A stretch of 43,461 nucleotides of DNA from Eubacteriales bacterium (GTDB lineage Bacteria > Bacillota > Clostridia > Oscillospirales > CAG-272), in contig JAZUKT010000303.1 in assembly GCA_045643445.1 (NCBI GenBank), forward strand, positions 1 to 43,461, written 5' to 3'. This document shows, one piece after another, positions 1-8,483 of the stretch; position 1 is the stretch's first letter; each line of letters starts with the position of its first letter. A model generated the notes under the pieces. It did not search any database, was not told the origin of the DNA, and was given only the letters and a program-made list of their open reading frames with translations. The translations under genes were made by a program, and so were the position numbers.

Positions 1-1826
1 TTCGGGCAGGCGGCGAACTTGCCGTACCGTCCGTTCTTGATGACCATCTTCGCGCCGCAGAATTCGCAGATGATATCGGTTTCCTCCACCGGCACGTCCA
101 CGGCATGGACTTCGACGGAAGAGAGCGCCTTATCGAGTTCCTTACTGAATCCGCCGTAGAAACGGTTCAGAACGTCGAGCATGGAATCCCGGCCGTTCTC
201 GATCTCATCGAGCTCGGTTTCCATATCCGCCGTAAACTGGCAGTCTACGATGTCCGGGAAGTTTTCACACATGAGTTTGGTCGTCACTTCGCCGAGCTGC
301 GTCGGAACGAGCGATTTGCCTTCCCGCTTGACGTAGCCGCGCGTCGTGATCGTCGTGATGATGGTGGCATACGTGGACGGACGGCCGATCCCGCGGTCTT
401 CGAGCAGTTTGACGAGCGAGGCTTCGTTATAGCGTGCCGGCGGCTCCGTATAATGCTGCGCGGGTGTCAGGCTCTCCTGATTCAGGAGTTCGTTTTCCTT
501 CATCGGCGGCAGGCAGGTATTCTTTTCGTCGGATCCGGTCGGTTCGTCGGTCGATTCCTCATAAAGCGCCATGTAACCGGGGAATTCTACCGTATAGCCG
601 TTCGAGCGGAAGAGATAGCCCTCTGCCGTGAAATCCGTCTGCACGGTGGACATCTCCGCCGATTCCATCTGGCTGGCGATAAAGCGATCCCATACGAGCT
701 TATAGAGGCGATACTGATCGCTCGTCAGGCTCTTGCGGATCTTCGCGGGTTCGAGCATGGCGCCGGACGGACGGATCGCTTCGTGCGCGTCCTGCGCGTT
801 CGCTTTGGACTTATAATTCCGCGGGGATTCCGGCACGTATTCCCGGCCGAACTTTTCCGCGATATAGCTTCTGGCGGCTTCCTGCGCTTCGGGCGCGATC
901 CGCTGCGAGTCGGTACGCATATAGGTGATGAGACCCTGCATCCCGCCGAATTCCGAACCGACGTTGACGCCTTCGTACAGTTCCTGCGCCACACGCATCG
1001 TCCGCTGGGACTGGAAGTTCAGCTTGCGCGAGGCTTCCTGCTGCAAGGTGGATGTCGTGAACGGCGGCGCCGGATTCTTCGACTTCTTCCCGCGATGGAT
1101 CTCCGCCACGCGGAACGGTTTATCCTTCACGGCACGGCAGATAACGGCGGCTTCCGCTTCGTTATGCAGATCGATCTTCGTCTTGTCATCCGCTTTGCCG
1201 TAGAATTTCGTTTCGAACGTCTTGCCGTTATCGGCGATCAGGACAGCGTCCACCGTCCAGTATTCCTTCGGCTCGAACGCGCGGATCTCGTTTTCACGAT
1301 CGACGATGATGCGCGTCGCCACAGACTGCACACGTCCGGCGGAAAGGCCGCTCTTGACCGTTTTCCAGAGGAACGGGCTGAGCTTATAACCGACGATACG
1401 GTCGTGCAGGCGGCGCGTCTGCTGCGCGTTGACGATATTCATGTCGATCTCGCGCGGATGCTTGATGGATTCCTTGACCACGCTCTTGACGATGGCGTTG
1501 AACGGGACGCGCTTTGCTTTTTCCGGCGGAATCGCCAGCGCCGTGCAGAGATGCCATGCGATCGCTTCCCCTTCGCGGTCAGGGTCCGTTGCGAGGTAGA
1601 TCTTATCGGCGTTCTTGACTTCTTTTTTCAGGTCGCGGATGAGGTCGCCCTTGCCGCGGATGTTGATATAGTGCGCCTCAAAGTTATTGTCGATGTCGAT
1701 CCCGAGCGAGGACTTCGGCAGATCGCGCAGATGACCTTTGCAGGCTACCACCTTATAGGAGGAGCCGAGGTAGGACTTGACGGTGTTCGCCTTCGTCGGC
1801 GACTCCATAATGATCAGATTGCTCAT
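1..1826 (-). CDS. topA: DNA topoisomerase I, 5' part of gene; C-terminal end lies beyond the left edge
   Basis: The reverse strand from ATG at 1826 translates to MSNLIIMESPTKANTVKSYLGSSYKVVACKGHLRDLPKS...IYLATDPDREGEAIAWH (Toprim motif). The left edge reads ...EETDIICEFCGAKMVIKNGRYGKFAACP (Zn-ribbon). This ORF is missing from the track because it is open-ended. The 105..1865 + ORF is its antisense shadow. Confidence 0.9.
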   Translation of the reverse strand, partial: MSNLIIMESPTKANTVKSYLGSSYKVVACKGHLRDLPKSSLGIDIDNNFEAHYINIRGKGDLIRDLKKEVKNADKIYLATDPDREGEAIAWHLCTALAIPPEKAKRVPFNAIVKSVVKESIKHPREIDMNIVNAQQTRRLHDRIVGYKLSPFLWKTVKSGLSAGRVQSVATRIIVDRENEIRAFEPKEYWTVDAVLIADNGKTFETKFYGKADDKTKIDLHNEAEAAVICRAVKDKPFRVAEIHRGKKSKNPAPPFTTSTLQQEASRKLNFQSQRTMRVAQELYEGVNVGSEFGGMQGLITYMRTDSQRIAPEAQEAARSYIAEKFGREYVPESPRNYKSKANAQDAHEAIRPSGAMLEPAKIRKSLTSDQYRLYKLVWDRFIASQMESAEMSTVQTDFTAEGYLFRSNGYTVEFPGYMALYEESTDEPTGSDEKNTCLPPMKENELLNQESLTPAQHYTEPPARYNEASLVKLLEDRGIGRPSTYATIITTITTRGYVKREGKSLVPTQLGEVTTKLMCENFPDIVDCQFTADMETELDEIENGRDSMLDVLNRFYGGFSKELDKALSSVEVHAVDVPVEETDIICEFCGAKMVIKNGRYGKFAACP

Positions 1827-1872
1827 CGGAAATATTATCCCTTCGTAACTTGGTATTCTTGTTGATTTCGGT

Positions 1873-3372
1873 TCAGTCGTTCGTCGACTGCATGATATCG
1901 TCCGGCGAGAGGCGCATGAAATATCCGCCGTGTCCCGCCTCGACCGCTCCGGCGATTTCAAGCATGGTGAGCGAACTCATGATCTGACTGATCGGGCAGT
2001 CGGCGCTCACGAGTTCGTCCGGCAGCGTCGGAACATTTGGTTTCATCTTATTATATACCTTGATTTCATTTTCATCAAGCAATTCCAGGTCGATTTTTAC
2101 CGCCGGAACCATTTTTTCGTGAGAATTTACAGTTTGTTTTTCGGATTCTTCATGTTTATTTTCTTTTTTGAAGGCCGAGAAGAGTCCGCGGCGCTGTTTC
2201 GGCTCGGATTCCGGCTCCCTTTTCGGCTCTGGTATCGGTTCCGCTTTTGGTACGGCTGATGCCGGAGACGCCGTCGTCTGTTTCGGTGCAGCGGGTGTTT
2301 TTTCAGCGGGCACGTTTTTCATCGCATCCCGAATCCGTCCGCCGTAGGTGCCGTTTCCGTAGTAATTGCGCTTGCCGCCCGCCGTGCCGATCCGCATCCG
2401 ATTCATCGCGTTCTCGGACAGCGAAGCGGTATCGACTTTATAAAGCCGCGCGTGCGCCTGCTGGACGCTGACGGTATCGCGGTACATGAACTCAAATTCG
2501 GCCAACACGTCCTCCGCGCATACTGCGGGAATCGCGCCGTCCCGGATGAGGGCGTTCGTGCCTTCCGCATTTTCTTCACCGACCCGTCCCGGCACGGCAA
2601 ACAGTTTTCTCCCCTGCTCGATCGCACGTTTGGCGGTGATCAGCGCGCCGCTCGTTTCGCCCGCCTCCACGACGACGGTCGCCGCGGACAAGCCGCTCAT
2701 GATGCGGTTGCGGATCGGGAAATGACTGCCGACCGGCTGGGTTCCCGGCGGATATTCGGAAAAGACGAGGCCTTCGTCAAGGATCTTATAGTAGACTTCC
2801 TTATGCTCGCTCGGATAGATGACGTCAAGGCCGGAACCAAGCACCGCCACGACCGGTCTGCCCGTATCGAGCGCACCGATCAGCGCCATGCTGTCCGCGC
2901 CGAGCGCCATACCGCTGACGACAACCGCGCCGCCGTATGCGAGTCCCGCGCCGAATGCGTAGGCGATCCGCCGTCCGTAATCCGTCATGCTTCTCGTGCC
3001 GACGACGGTGACAAGCAGGCGGTCACGGATCAGTTCAAGATTGCCTCTGGCATACAGAAGAACGGGCGCGTCGGGGATCGTCCGCAGCACGTCCGGGTAA
3101 AGATCCGACGTATAAGGCACGACGGTGATGCCGTACCGCTCGCAGTTCGAGAGGATCTCGTCTGCACGGTCGAGTTCACGAACCTTCAGTTTGTTTTCGA
3201 GAGAATGCGCGACGCGCTCCGGAAAAATCTCCGTGAGTCCGAGCTCATCGGGCGGCGTTTCATAAAGATCGCGCGCCGAGCCGAATTTTTCGATCAGCGG
3301 AACAAAGGAACGGTTCCCCGCGCCGAGCGCTTCCGCCAGCCAGATCCAGTACAGTCTTTCATCTGCCGTCAT
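1873..3372 (-). CDS. dprA: DNA-processing protein DprA/Smf with a long low-complexity insertion
   Basis: MTADERLYWIWLAEALG... N-terminal SAM-like region, a Rossmann core (VVSGMALGADS, GLDVIYPSEH) and a C-terminal winged-helix-like tail. Start moved to the ATG at 3372, which has AAAGGAG 9 nt upstream. The dprA-topA adjacency is classic. Confidence 0.85.
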   Translation of the reverse strand: MTADERLYWIWLAEALGAGNRSFVPLIEKFGSARDLYETPPDELGLTEIFPERVAHSLENKLKVRELDRADEILSNCERYGITVVPYTSDLYPDVLRTIPDAPVLLYARGNLELIRDRLLVTVVGTRSMTDYGRRIAYAFGAGLAYGGAVVVSGMALGADSMALIGALDTGRPVVAVLGSGLDVIYPSEHKEVYYKILDEGLVFSEYPPGTQPVGSHFPIRNRIMSGLSAATVVVEAGETSGALITAKRAIEQGRKLFAVPGRVGEENAEGTNALIRDGAIPAVCAEDVLAEFEFMYRDTVSVQQAHARLYKVDTASLSENAMNRMRIGTAGGKRNYYGNGTYGGRIRDAMKNVPAEKTPAAPKQTTASPASAVPKAEPIPEPKREPESEPKQRRGLFSAFKKENKHEESEKQTVNSHEKMVPAVKIDLELLDENEIKVYNKMKPNVPTLPDELVSADCPISQIMSSLTMLEIAGAVEAGHGGYFMRLSPDDIMQSTND

Positions 3373-3423
3373 GGCCGCATTCTCCTTTTGCACCATATAA
3401 TATCCCGGACACGGCCGGGTCAT

Positions 3424-4254
3424 TCATGCGCGAAAATATTCCCACAGCACGCAGGCGGCTGCGGAGGAGGCATTGAGGCTTTCGGTCTCGCCCGCCATCG
3501 GGATCCGCACGCAGGCCGTTGACGCCTCAAGCACCGCCGTTGTGATGCCGTGGCCTTCGTTGCCGATCACGACGACGTCCGTGGAATCGGTCTCGTACTG
3601 TCCGAGCGTCAGCGTATGTTCGCCAAGCGCGGCAGACAAAACCCGGCGTCCGTTTTCCCGCAGGATCCGCACGCATTCCGCACCGTCCTTTGTCAGATAC
3701 ACGGGCAGGCGGAAAAGCGTTCCCATTGCCGCGCGTACGGTTTTCGGGCTGTACAGATCGACGGAGCCCGCGAGGATAACGCCTTCTACGCCGAGCGCCT
3801 CAGCCGAACGCAGGATCGTTCCGAGATTGCCGGGATCGCGGATCTCGTCGAGCATCAGGATCCGGCGGCCTTCCTGCCAACGCAAAAAATCTCCCGTGCG
3901 ATGCAGTTCCGGCATCATGCGGACGACGGCGATCACGCCCTGCGGCGCTTTTTCCGTCGAGATTTTCTCGAACGCACCCTCGGACAGCAGAAGGATCGGA
4001 ACGTTCTTCTGTGCGGCCGTCTCGGTCAGTTCGCCAAGCGGCTGCCGCTCCAGTGCGGATTCGGCGACGAGCAGTTTCTCCGTCGGCGCATACCGCAGCG
4101 CTTCCGCCGCCAGTTTGACGCCTTCGGCGAGAAACAGTCCTGCTTCATCCCGCTTTTTCTTTTCACTGAGCCCGGCGTACAACATCACCGTCGGATTGCT
4201 CCGCGACGTGATCTGTTCCGCTCCGGTCCGCTTCATCCATTCATCCAGTTTCAT
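3424..4254 (-). CDS. TrmH/SpoU-family RNA 2'-O-methyltransferase
   Basis: SpoU motifs are present: DEIRDPGNLGTILRSAEALGV, VVIGNEGHGI and ESLNASSAAACVLWE. It sits downstream of rplT, as ysgA does in Bacillus. Confidence 0.8.
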   Translation of the reverse strand: MKLDEWMKRTGAEQITSRSNPTVMLYAGLSEKKKRDEAGLFLAEGVKLAAEALRYAPTEKLLVAESALERQPLGELTETAAQKNVPILLLSEGAFEKISTEKAPQGVIAVVRMMPELHRTGDFLRWQEGRRILMLDEIRDPGNLGTILRSAEALGVEGVILAGSVDLYSPKTVRAAMGTLFRLPVYLTKDGAECVRILRENGRRVLSAALGEHTLTLGQYETDSTDVVVIGNEGHGITTAVLEASTACVRIPMAGETESLNASSAAACVLWEYFRA

Positions 4255-4261
4255 CTTTTAT

Positions 4262-4295
4262 ATGAAGAAAGGGTGTTACCTTGGCGCAACACCCT
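4262..4295 (-). terminator. Putative intrinsic terminator or pause hairpin after rplT
   Basis: Perfect 8-bp stem AGGGTGTT/AACACCCT (4270..4295) with a moderately T-rich tail on the minus strand. Confidence 0.45.
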
Positions 4296-4312
4296 ATTTG
4301 TTCAGTTCTGAT

Positions 4313-4666
4313 TTACAGAGCCGCCTTTGCCGTTTCAACGAGAGCAGCGAACGCTTCCTTGTCGGATACGGCGATTTCAGCGAGCATCTTGCGGTTGAGG
4401 TCAACGCCGGCCTTCTTCAGACCGTTCATCAGCGTGGAATAGTTGATGCCGTTTACCTTTGCCTGTGCGGAGATACGAGTGATCCACAGTGCGCGGAACT
4501 CTCTCTTCTTCTGCTTACGGCCGATGTATGCGTAGTTACCGCTCTTCATGACGGCCTGCTTGGCCATCTTAAAGTGCTTGCTCTTTGATCCCCAGTAACC
4601 CTTCGCAGCCTTCAGAATCTTATTTCTTCTCTTGCGCGTCATCATTGCGCCTTTTACTCTTGCCAT
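4313..4666 (-). CDS. rplT: 50S ribosomal protein L20
   Basis: [30 protein letters not shown]... is typical L20. Confidence 0.95.
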   Translation of the reverse strand: MARVKGAMMTRKRRNKILKAAKGYWGSKSKHFKMAKQAVMKSGNYAYIGRKQKKREFRALWITRISAQAKVNGINYSTLMNGLKKAGVDLNRKMLAEIAVSDKEAFAALVETAKAAL

Positions 4667-4699
4667 CTTCTCTAATCCTTTCTCTGTTTACAGGTTTTC

Positions 4700-4897
4700 T
4701 CAGTCTTTACCGATCAGTCTCTTGACGGTGGCCGTCATTGCGGGGCTGAGGATCTGGCTGCTTCTGAGGTGTCTCTTTCTCTTCTGCGTCTTCTGGCCGA
4801 GGTTGTGGCGGTGATCAGAGTGGAACACCTTTACTTTACCGGTACCGGTAACGGCATATCTCTTTGCTGATGCCTTATGCGTCTTGATCTTTCCCAT
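4700..4897 (-). CDS. rpmI: 50S ribosomal protein L35
   Basis: MGKIKTHKASAKRYAVTGTGKVK... is typical L35, and it lies between infC and rplT. Confidence 0.95.
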   Translation of the reverse strand: MGKIKTHKASAKRYAVTGTGKVKVFHSDHRHNLGQKTQKRKRHLRSSQILSPAMTATVKRLIGKD

Positions 4898-4970
4898 TTT
4901 TCTCTTTCCTTTCGGTTTTCGTTATTTTCGCTTGTTCGCCGTAGCGGCGTTAAACTATCAGATCGTGAAC

Positions 4971-5495
4971 TTACTTCGCTGCGTTCTTGACGGGGACGAT
5001 GAACATGACGAGACGTCTGCCGTCCAGCACCGGTTTCTTATCGACGGCGCCGACTTCTGCAACTGCCTCTTCAAATTTTTCAAGGACTTCCCGGCCGAGC
5101 TCCTGGTGAGCGATCTCACGGCCTTTGAACCGGAGACAGACGCGCACCTTGTCGCCGTCCTGAAGGAACTTGATCGCGCGGTTGACTTTCGTTTCAAAGT
5201 CGTGCGTGTCGATCCGGCAGGAAAGCTGCACTTCCTTGACTTCGACTACCTGCTGCTTTTTCTTGGCTTCTTTTTCCTTCTTGTCCACTTCATAACGGTA
5301 TTTTCCGTAATCCATGGCACGGCATACGGGCGGAGTCGCCGTCGGAGCGATCAGAACGAGATCGTATCCGTTGTCGTACGCATAGGCCTTCGCATCGGCG
5401 AGACTCATGATACCGAGCTGCCCGTTGTTCTCATCCAGCATACGGACTTCCTTTGCCTTGATGTCATCGTTGATAATAAGTTCTTTCGCGCTAAT
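4971..5495 (-). CDS. infC: Translation initiation factor IF-3, with non-canonical ATT start
   Basis: The track ORF starts at an internal Met (5441). The frame stays open upstream and reads ISAKELIINDDIKAKEVRMLDENNGQLGI from an in-frame ATT at 5495..5493, with GGGGGTG 9 nt upstream. An AUU start is the conserved IF3 autoregulatory feature. Confidence 0.85.
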   Translation of the reverse strand: MSAKELIINDDIKAKEVRMLDENNGQLGIMSLADAKAYAYDNGYDLVLIAPTATPPVCRAMDYGKYRYEVDKKEKEAKKKQQVVEVKEVQLSCRIDTHDFETKVNRAIKFLQDGDKVRVCLRFKGREIAHQELGREVLEKFEEAVAEVGAVDKKPVLDGRRLVMFIVPVKNAAK

Positions 5496-5640
5496 AGTTA
5501 TGCACCCCCAGATTCAGGAACAAAAAAATCGTACCGAGAACCTTCTCCGTACGACACAATACCGCATCTGACGCTTTATTAACCCTGTCGTGCCCGAAGC
5601 AGCAAGGTGAGAACGGAGACTGTTCTGCTTTGTTTTCCCA
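5496..5640 (-). promoter_or_regulatory. infC-rpmI-rplT 5' leader, probable L20-responsive ribosomal-protein leader with attenuator
   Basis: A leader of about 140 nt lies between a consensus promoter and the infC start and contains an intrinsic terminator. Position and architecture match the Firmicute L20 leader. No covariance model was run. Confidence 0.55.
5521..5553 (-). terminator. Leader attenuator terminator upstream of infC
   Basis: The minus strand reads CGTACGGAGAA-GG-TTCTCGGTACG (11-bp stem, one mismatch) followed by ATTTTTTTG. Confidence 0.6.
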
Positions 5641-5643
5641 AGT

Positions 5644-5672
5644 ATTATACATCCCTTTTCCGCTTTTGTCAA
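5644..5672 (-). promoter_or_regulatory. Sigma-A promoter of the infC operon
   Basis: Minus strand: TTGACA (5672..5667), 17-nt spacer, TATAAT (5649..5644). This is the exact consensus. Confidence 0.7.
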
Positions 5673-5837
5673 GACGTTTTATAAACTTTTTTCTAAAAAT
5701 CGGCACAAACTCCGCGTAATATTTTCGCCCGTTTTTGTCGATCATAACAGCAGAACGCGGCGTGCGTTCCTTCTCATAGATCAGCGATCCGCTGCGGGAC
5801 ACTGCCTTCACGCCGGCGTGCCCCGTACATAATCCCG

Positions 5838-6518
5838 TCAAAGAGCGCTGCGGATCTTATCGAGCGCGCTTTTTTCGATCCGGCTGACGTACGAGCGCGA
5901 AATCCCGAGACGGGCGGCGATCTCCCGCTGCGGAACCGGCTTCTGTCCCGACAGTCCGTAGCGGAGAATGATGATCTGCCGCTCCCGTTCGTCAAGATGC
6001 TGCATGATATACGCCGCCGCCTTCGAGAGTTTCATTTTCGTATCAAGATCGTCGGCGATCGTATCGTCGCATTTGATGACGTCGCCGTAAGTGAGCGCGT
6101 TGCCGTCCCGGTCCGTGTCGATCGTTTCGTCAAGCGATACTTCAAGCGCCAGTTTTTTCCGCGAACGGAAATACATGAGAATTTCATTCTGGATGCACTT
6201 TGCCGCGTAGGTCGCAAACCGTGCGCCGTTCGTGATATCAAAGGAATCCACCGATTTGATCAGTCCGATCGTGCCGATGGAAATAAGGTCTTCTTCCGCC
6301 GGGCTGGAGGCGTAATACTTGCGCACGATATGCGCGACCAGCCGCAGGTTATGCTCAATCAGCTTCGATCGCGCCTCCATGTCGCCGTTTTCACGTGCCG
6401 CGCGGAAATACGTCTCCTCTTCTTCCCGGCTGAGCGGCGGCGGAAAATGATTGCCCCCCGCTGAGGACAGAAAGACAAGCGAATAGCCGGCCAGCGCCGA
6501 CAAGAGAATTTCAAGCAT
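5838..6518 (-). CDS. sigK: Sporulation sigma factor pro-sigma-K, uninterrupted
   Basis: Contains ...NHFPPPLSREEEETYF...LIEHNLRLVAHIVRKY...DLISIGTIGLIKSVDSF...ATYAAKCIENEILMY-like...LGISRSYVSRIEKSAL. The hydrophobic N-terminal pro-sequence and IEHNLRLVAHIV match SigK better than SigE. Start set at ATG 6518, which has AAAGGAGG 7 nt upstream. Confidence 0.8.
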   Translation of the reverse strand: MLEILLSALAGYSLVFLSSAGGNHFPPPLSREEEETYFRAARENGDMEARSKLIEHNLRLVAHIVRKYYASSPAEEDLISIGTIGLIKSVDSFDITNGARFATYAAKCIQNEILMYFRSRKKLALEVSLDETIDTDRDGNALTYGDVIKCDDTIADDLDTKMKLSKAAAYIMQHLDERERQIIILRYGLSGQKPVPQREIAARLGISRSYVSRIEKSALDKIRSAL

Positions 6519-6631
6519 GATCCCGCCTCCTTTACGATAGAACGTATGCGCGGCGGCGGCAGAAAATACCATGCGTATTCTCCCCGGCGCCGGGCACAAT
6601 AATACCGCAGTCGAAGAAAGGAGAGCAAATC

Positions 6632-6841
6632 ATGCTTGATAGAATTTCGCTGATTCTGGTCATTATCGGCGCCCTCAACTGGGGTTCCGTCGGTCTCTTT
6701 CAGTTTGACCTCGTATCGTGGATCTTCGGCGGTCAGGGTTCCGTTCTCGCACGCACGGTGTATATTCTCGTAGCGCTCGCCGGTCTCTGGTGCATCACCC
6801 TTCTGTTCAGACCCCGCGAACGCAGTGAATCGAATCTCTGA
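6632..6841 (+). CDS. DUF378 family small membrane protein
   Basis: IGALNWGSVGLFQFDLVSWIFGG is the DUF378 signature. There are two TM helices, with RBS AAAGGAG upstream. Confidence 0.8.
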   Translation: MLDRISLILVIIGALNWGSVGLFQFDLVSWIFGGQGSVLARTVYILVALAGLWCITLLFRPRERSESNL

Positions 6842-6848
6842 CACAGCC

Positions 6849-6889
6849 CCCGCGGCTCCTTCCAATCGAAAGAACCGCGGGATCTTTCT
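6849..6889 (+). terminator. Putative terminator after the DUF378 gene
   Basis: Stem CCCGCGG (6849..6855) pairs with CCGCGGG (6875..6881), followed by ATCTTTCT. The 19-nt loop is large, which lowers confidence. Confidence 0.4.
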
Positions 6890-6895
6890 GTCTGC

Positions 6896-6924
6896 TTGAC
6901 AGTAACCCGTCCTCATGCTATAAT
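6896..6924 (+). promoter_or_regulatory. Sigma-A promoter of cysK
   Basis: TTGACA (6896..6901), 17 nt, TATAAT (6919..6924). GGGAGG RBS lies ahead of ATG 6954. Confidence 0.7.
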
Positions 6925-6953
6925 CGTATCAAATCACATTCGGGAGGCAGACT

Positions 6954-7883
6954 ATGCCGCGTATCGCCGCATCCGTCGATCAGCTCATCGGGAACACCCC
7001 GCTGATCGAACTCGGAAGAGTTCATGAGAAATTCAATCTGAAAGCAAGGCTCCTCGCCAAGCTCGAATACTTCAATCCGGCCGGCAGCGTCAAGGATCGC
7101 GTGGGACTTGCCATGATCAATGACGCCGAAGAAAAGGGGCTGCTCTGCCCGGGTGCCGTGATCATCGAACCGACCTCCGGCAACACGGGCATCGGTCTCG
7201 CAGCCGTCGCCGCCGCGCGCGGATACCGCCTCATCATCGTCATGCCTGACACGATGTCGATGGAACGGCGCAATCTGATGAAGGCATACGGTGCGGAACT
7301 CGTACTGACGGACGGCAAGCTCGGCATGGCCGGGGCGATTGCCAAAGCGGACGAGCTGGCAGCGTCGATCCCGCACGCATTCGTGGCCGGGCAGTTCGTG
7401 AATCCTGCGAATCCGGCGGCGCACTACGAGACAACGGGTCCCGAGATCTGGCGCGACACGGACGGTGCGATCGACTGCTTCGTCTGCGGCGTCGGAACGG
7501 GCGGTACGATCACCGGCATCGGACGCTATCTGAAAGAACAGAATCCCGCCGTGCGCGTTGCGGCTGTGGAACCGGCCACCTCTGCCGTTCTCTCCGGCAA
7601 ACCGGCAGGTCCTCACGGGCTGCAGGGCATCGGAGCCGGTTTTGTTCCCGCTGTGCTCGACACGACCGTATACGACGAAATCGTGCCGATCACCGATGAC
7701 GAGGCATACGAGGCGGCACGGACGCTCGGCAAAACGGAAGGCATCCTCGTCGGCATTTCCTCCGGCGCGGCGCTCTCGGCAGCCATCCGCATCGCATCCC
7801 GCGACGAATATGCCGGAAAGACCGTCGTCGTTCTTCTCCCTGATACCGGCGAACGGTATCTCTCGTCCTCGCTGTTCAACTGA
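6954..7883 (+). CDS. cysK: Cysteine synthase A (O-acetylserine sulfhydrylase)
   Basis: Contains [18 protein letters not shown] (PLP lysine), [12 protein letters not shown] and [10 protein letters not shown]. Confidence 0.9.
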   Translation: MPRIAASVDQLIGNTPLIELGRVHEKFNLKARLLAKLEYFNPAGSVKDRVGLAMINDAEEKGLLCPGAVIIEPTSGNTGIGLAAVAAARGYRLIIVMPDTMSMERRNLMKAYGAELVLTDGKLGMAGAIAKADELAASIPHAFVAGQFVNPANPAAHYETTGPEIWRDTDGAIDCFVCGVGTGGTITGIGRYLKEQNPAVRVAAVEPATSAVLSGKPAGPHGLQGIGAGFVPAVLDTTVYDEIVPITDDEAYEAARTLGKTEGILVGISSGAALSAAIRIASRDEYAGKTVVVLLPDTGERYLSSSLFN

Positions 7884-7898
7884 GTCAAATTACACAAA

Positions 7899-7942
7899 CA
7901 AAAAGCGCTCCGCCTGTTTTCACAAACGGAGTGCTCTTTTTT
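7899..7942. terminator. Bidirectional intrinsic terminator between cysK and the DUF4430 gene
   Basis: AGCGCTCCG (7903..7911) pairs with CGGAGTGCT (7926..7934). It is flanked by an A-run on the left and TTTTTTT on the right. Confidence 0.6.
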
Positions 7943-7957
7943 TGTGTCAGTCAGCTA

Positions 7958-8383
7958 TCAGTCGATCGCTTCGCAGATGTAGGTGAAGACGATGTTCTGG
8001 CCTTCGAGAACGGCGTTGGAGCCCGCTCTGCCCTTTTCGGGTTCTTCACCGTTTACGGTGTAGCCCCAGTAGCAGATGTTGCCGTCAGCGTCGATACCGG
8101 TCGTATAATCTACGCCGTCATAGGAAACGCTGGAGAAGCCGAGTTCTTCGTCGTCGAGTGCATAGTTATATTCGACCATCTGAAGTGCTTCTCTGGCAGC
8201 CTGAAGGACTGTCGGGGGATTCTCTTCCGTGCCGACAGCTTCGACCGGGAATTCCTGAAGGATATATTCGCCGTCAATGATGAAGGAGATCTTGCAGTTT
8301 GCCGTTACTTTCGGTGCGCCGCAGGATGCGAGTGCCAGGCAGACCATGACGAGTGCCAGAGCGAGAGCAGCGATTTTTTTCAT
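7958..8383 (-). CDS. DUF4430-like lipoprotein
   Basis: MKKIAALALALVMVCLALASCG has a lipobox. The C-terminal ...YWGYTVNGEEPEKGRAGSNAVLEGQNIVFTY resembles the DUF4430 (transcobalamin-like) pattern. Start moved to ATG 8383, which has a GGAGG RBS. Confidence 0.55.
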   Translation of the reverse strand: MKKIAALALALVMVCLALASCGAPKVTANCKISFIIDGEYILQEFPVEAVGTEENPPTVLQAAREALQMVEYNYALDDEELGFSSVSYDGVDYTTGIDADGNICYWGYTVNGEEPEKGRAGSNAVLEGQNIVFTYICEAID

Positions 8384-8483
8384 GATGTTATGTAACCTCC
8401 GAATAGATTTGGGATCAGCCATATTATAGCAGGCGCGGCACATAATGTCAAGTGTAGCGCCGCTTATTTTTCGATATTTCGCG

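Noticed and set aside
105-1865. 586-aa ORF on the plus strand, the longest call at the left edge
   Set aside because: It is extremely Arg-rich with no recognisable motifs, and it lies exactly antisense to a textbook topA frame (Toprim and Zn-ribbon motifs). It is a GC-rich shadow ORF.
5491-5841. 116-aa minus-strand ORF between sigK and infC
   Set aside because: It spans the infC promoter, leader and attenuator terminator, and it has no RBS. The region is better explained as regulatory RNA and DNA.
5838-6599. Possible skin-like interruption or longer N-terminus of sigK
   Set aside because: The sigma-factor frame is continuous through regions 2-4. The extra 27 codons in the track ORF lie upstream of a strong RBS/ATG at 6518 and are not sigma-like.
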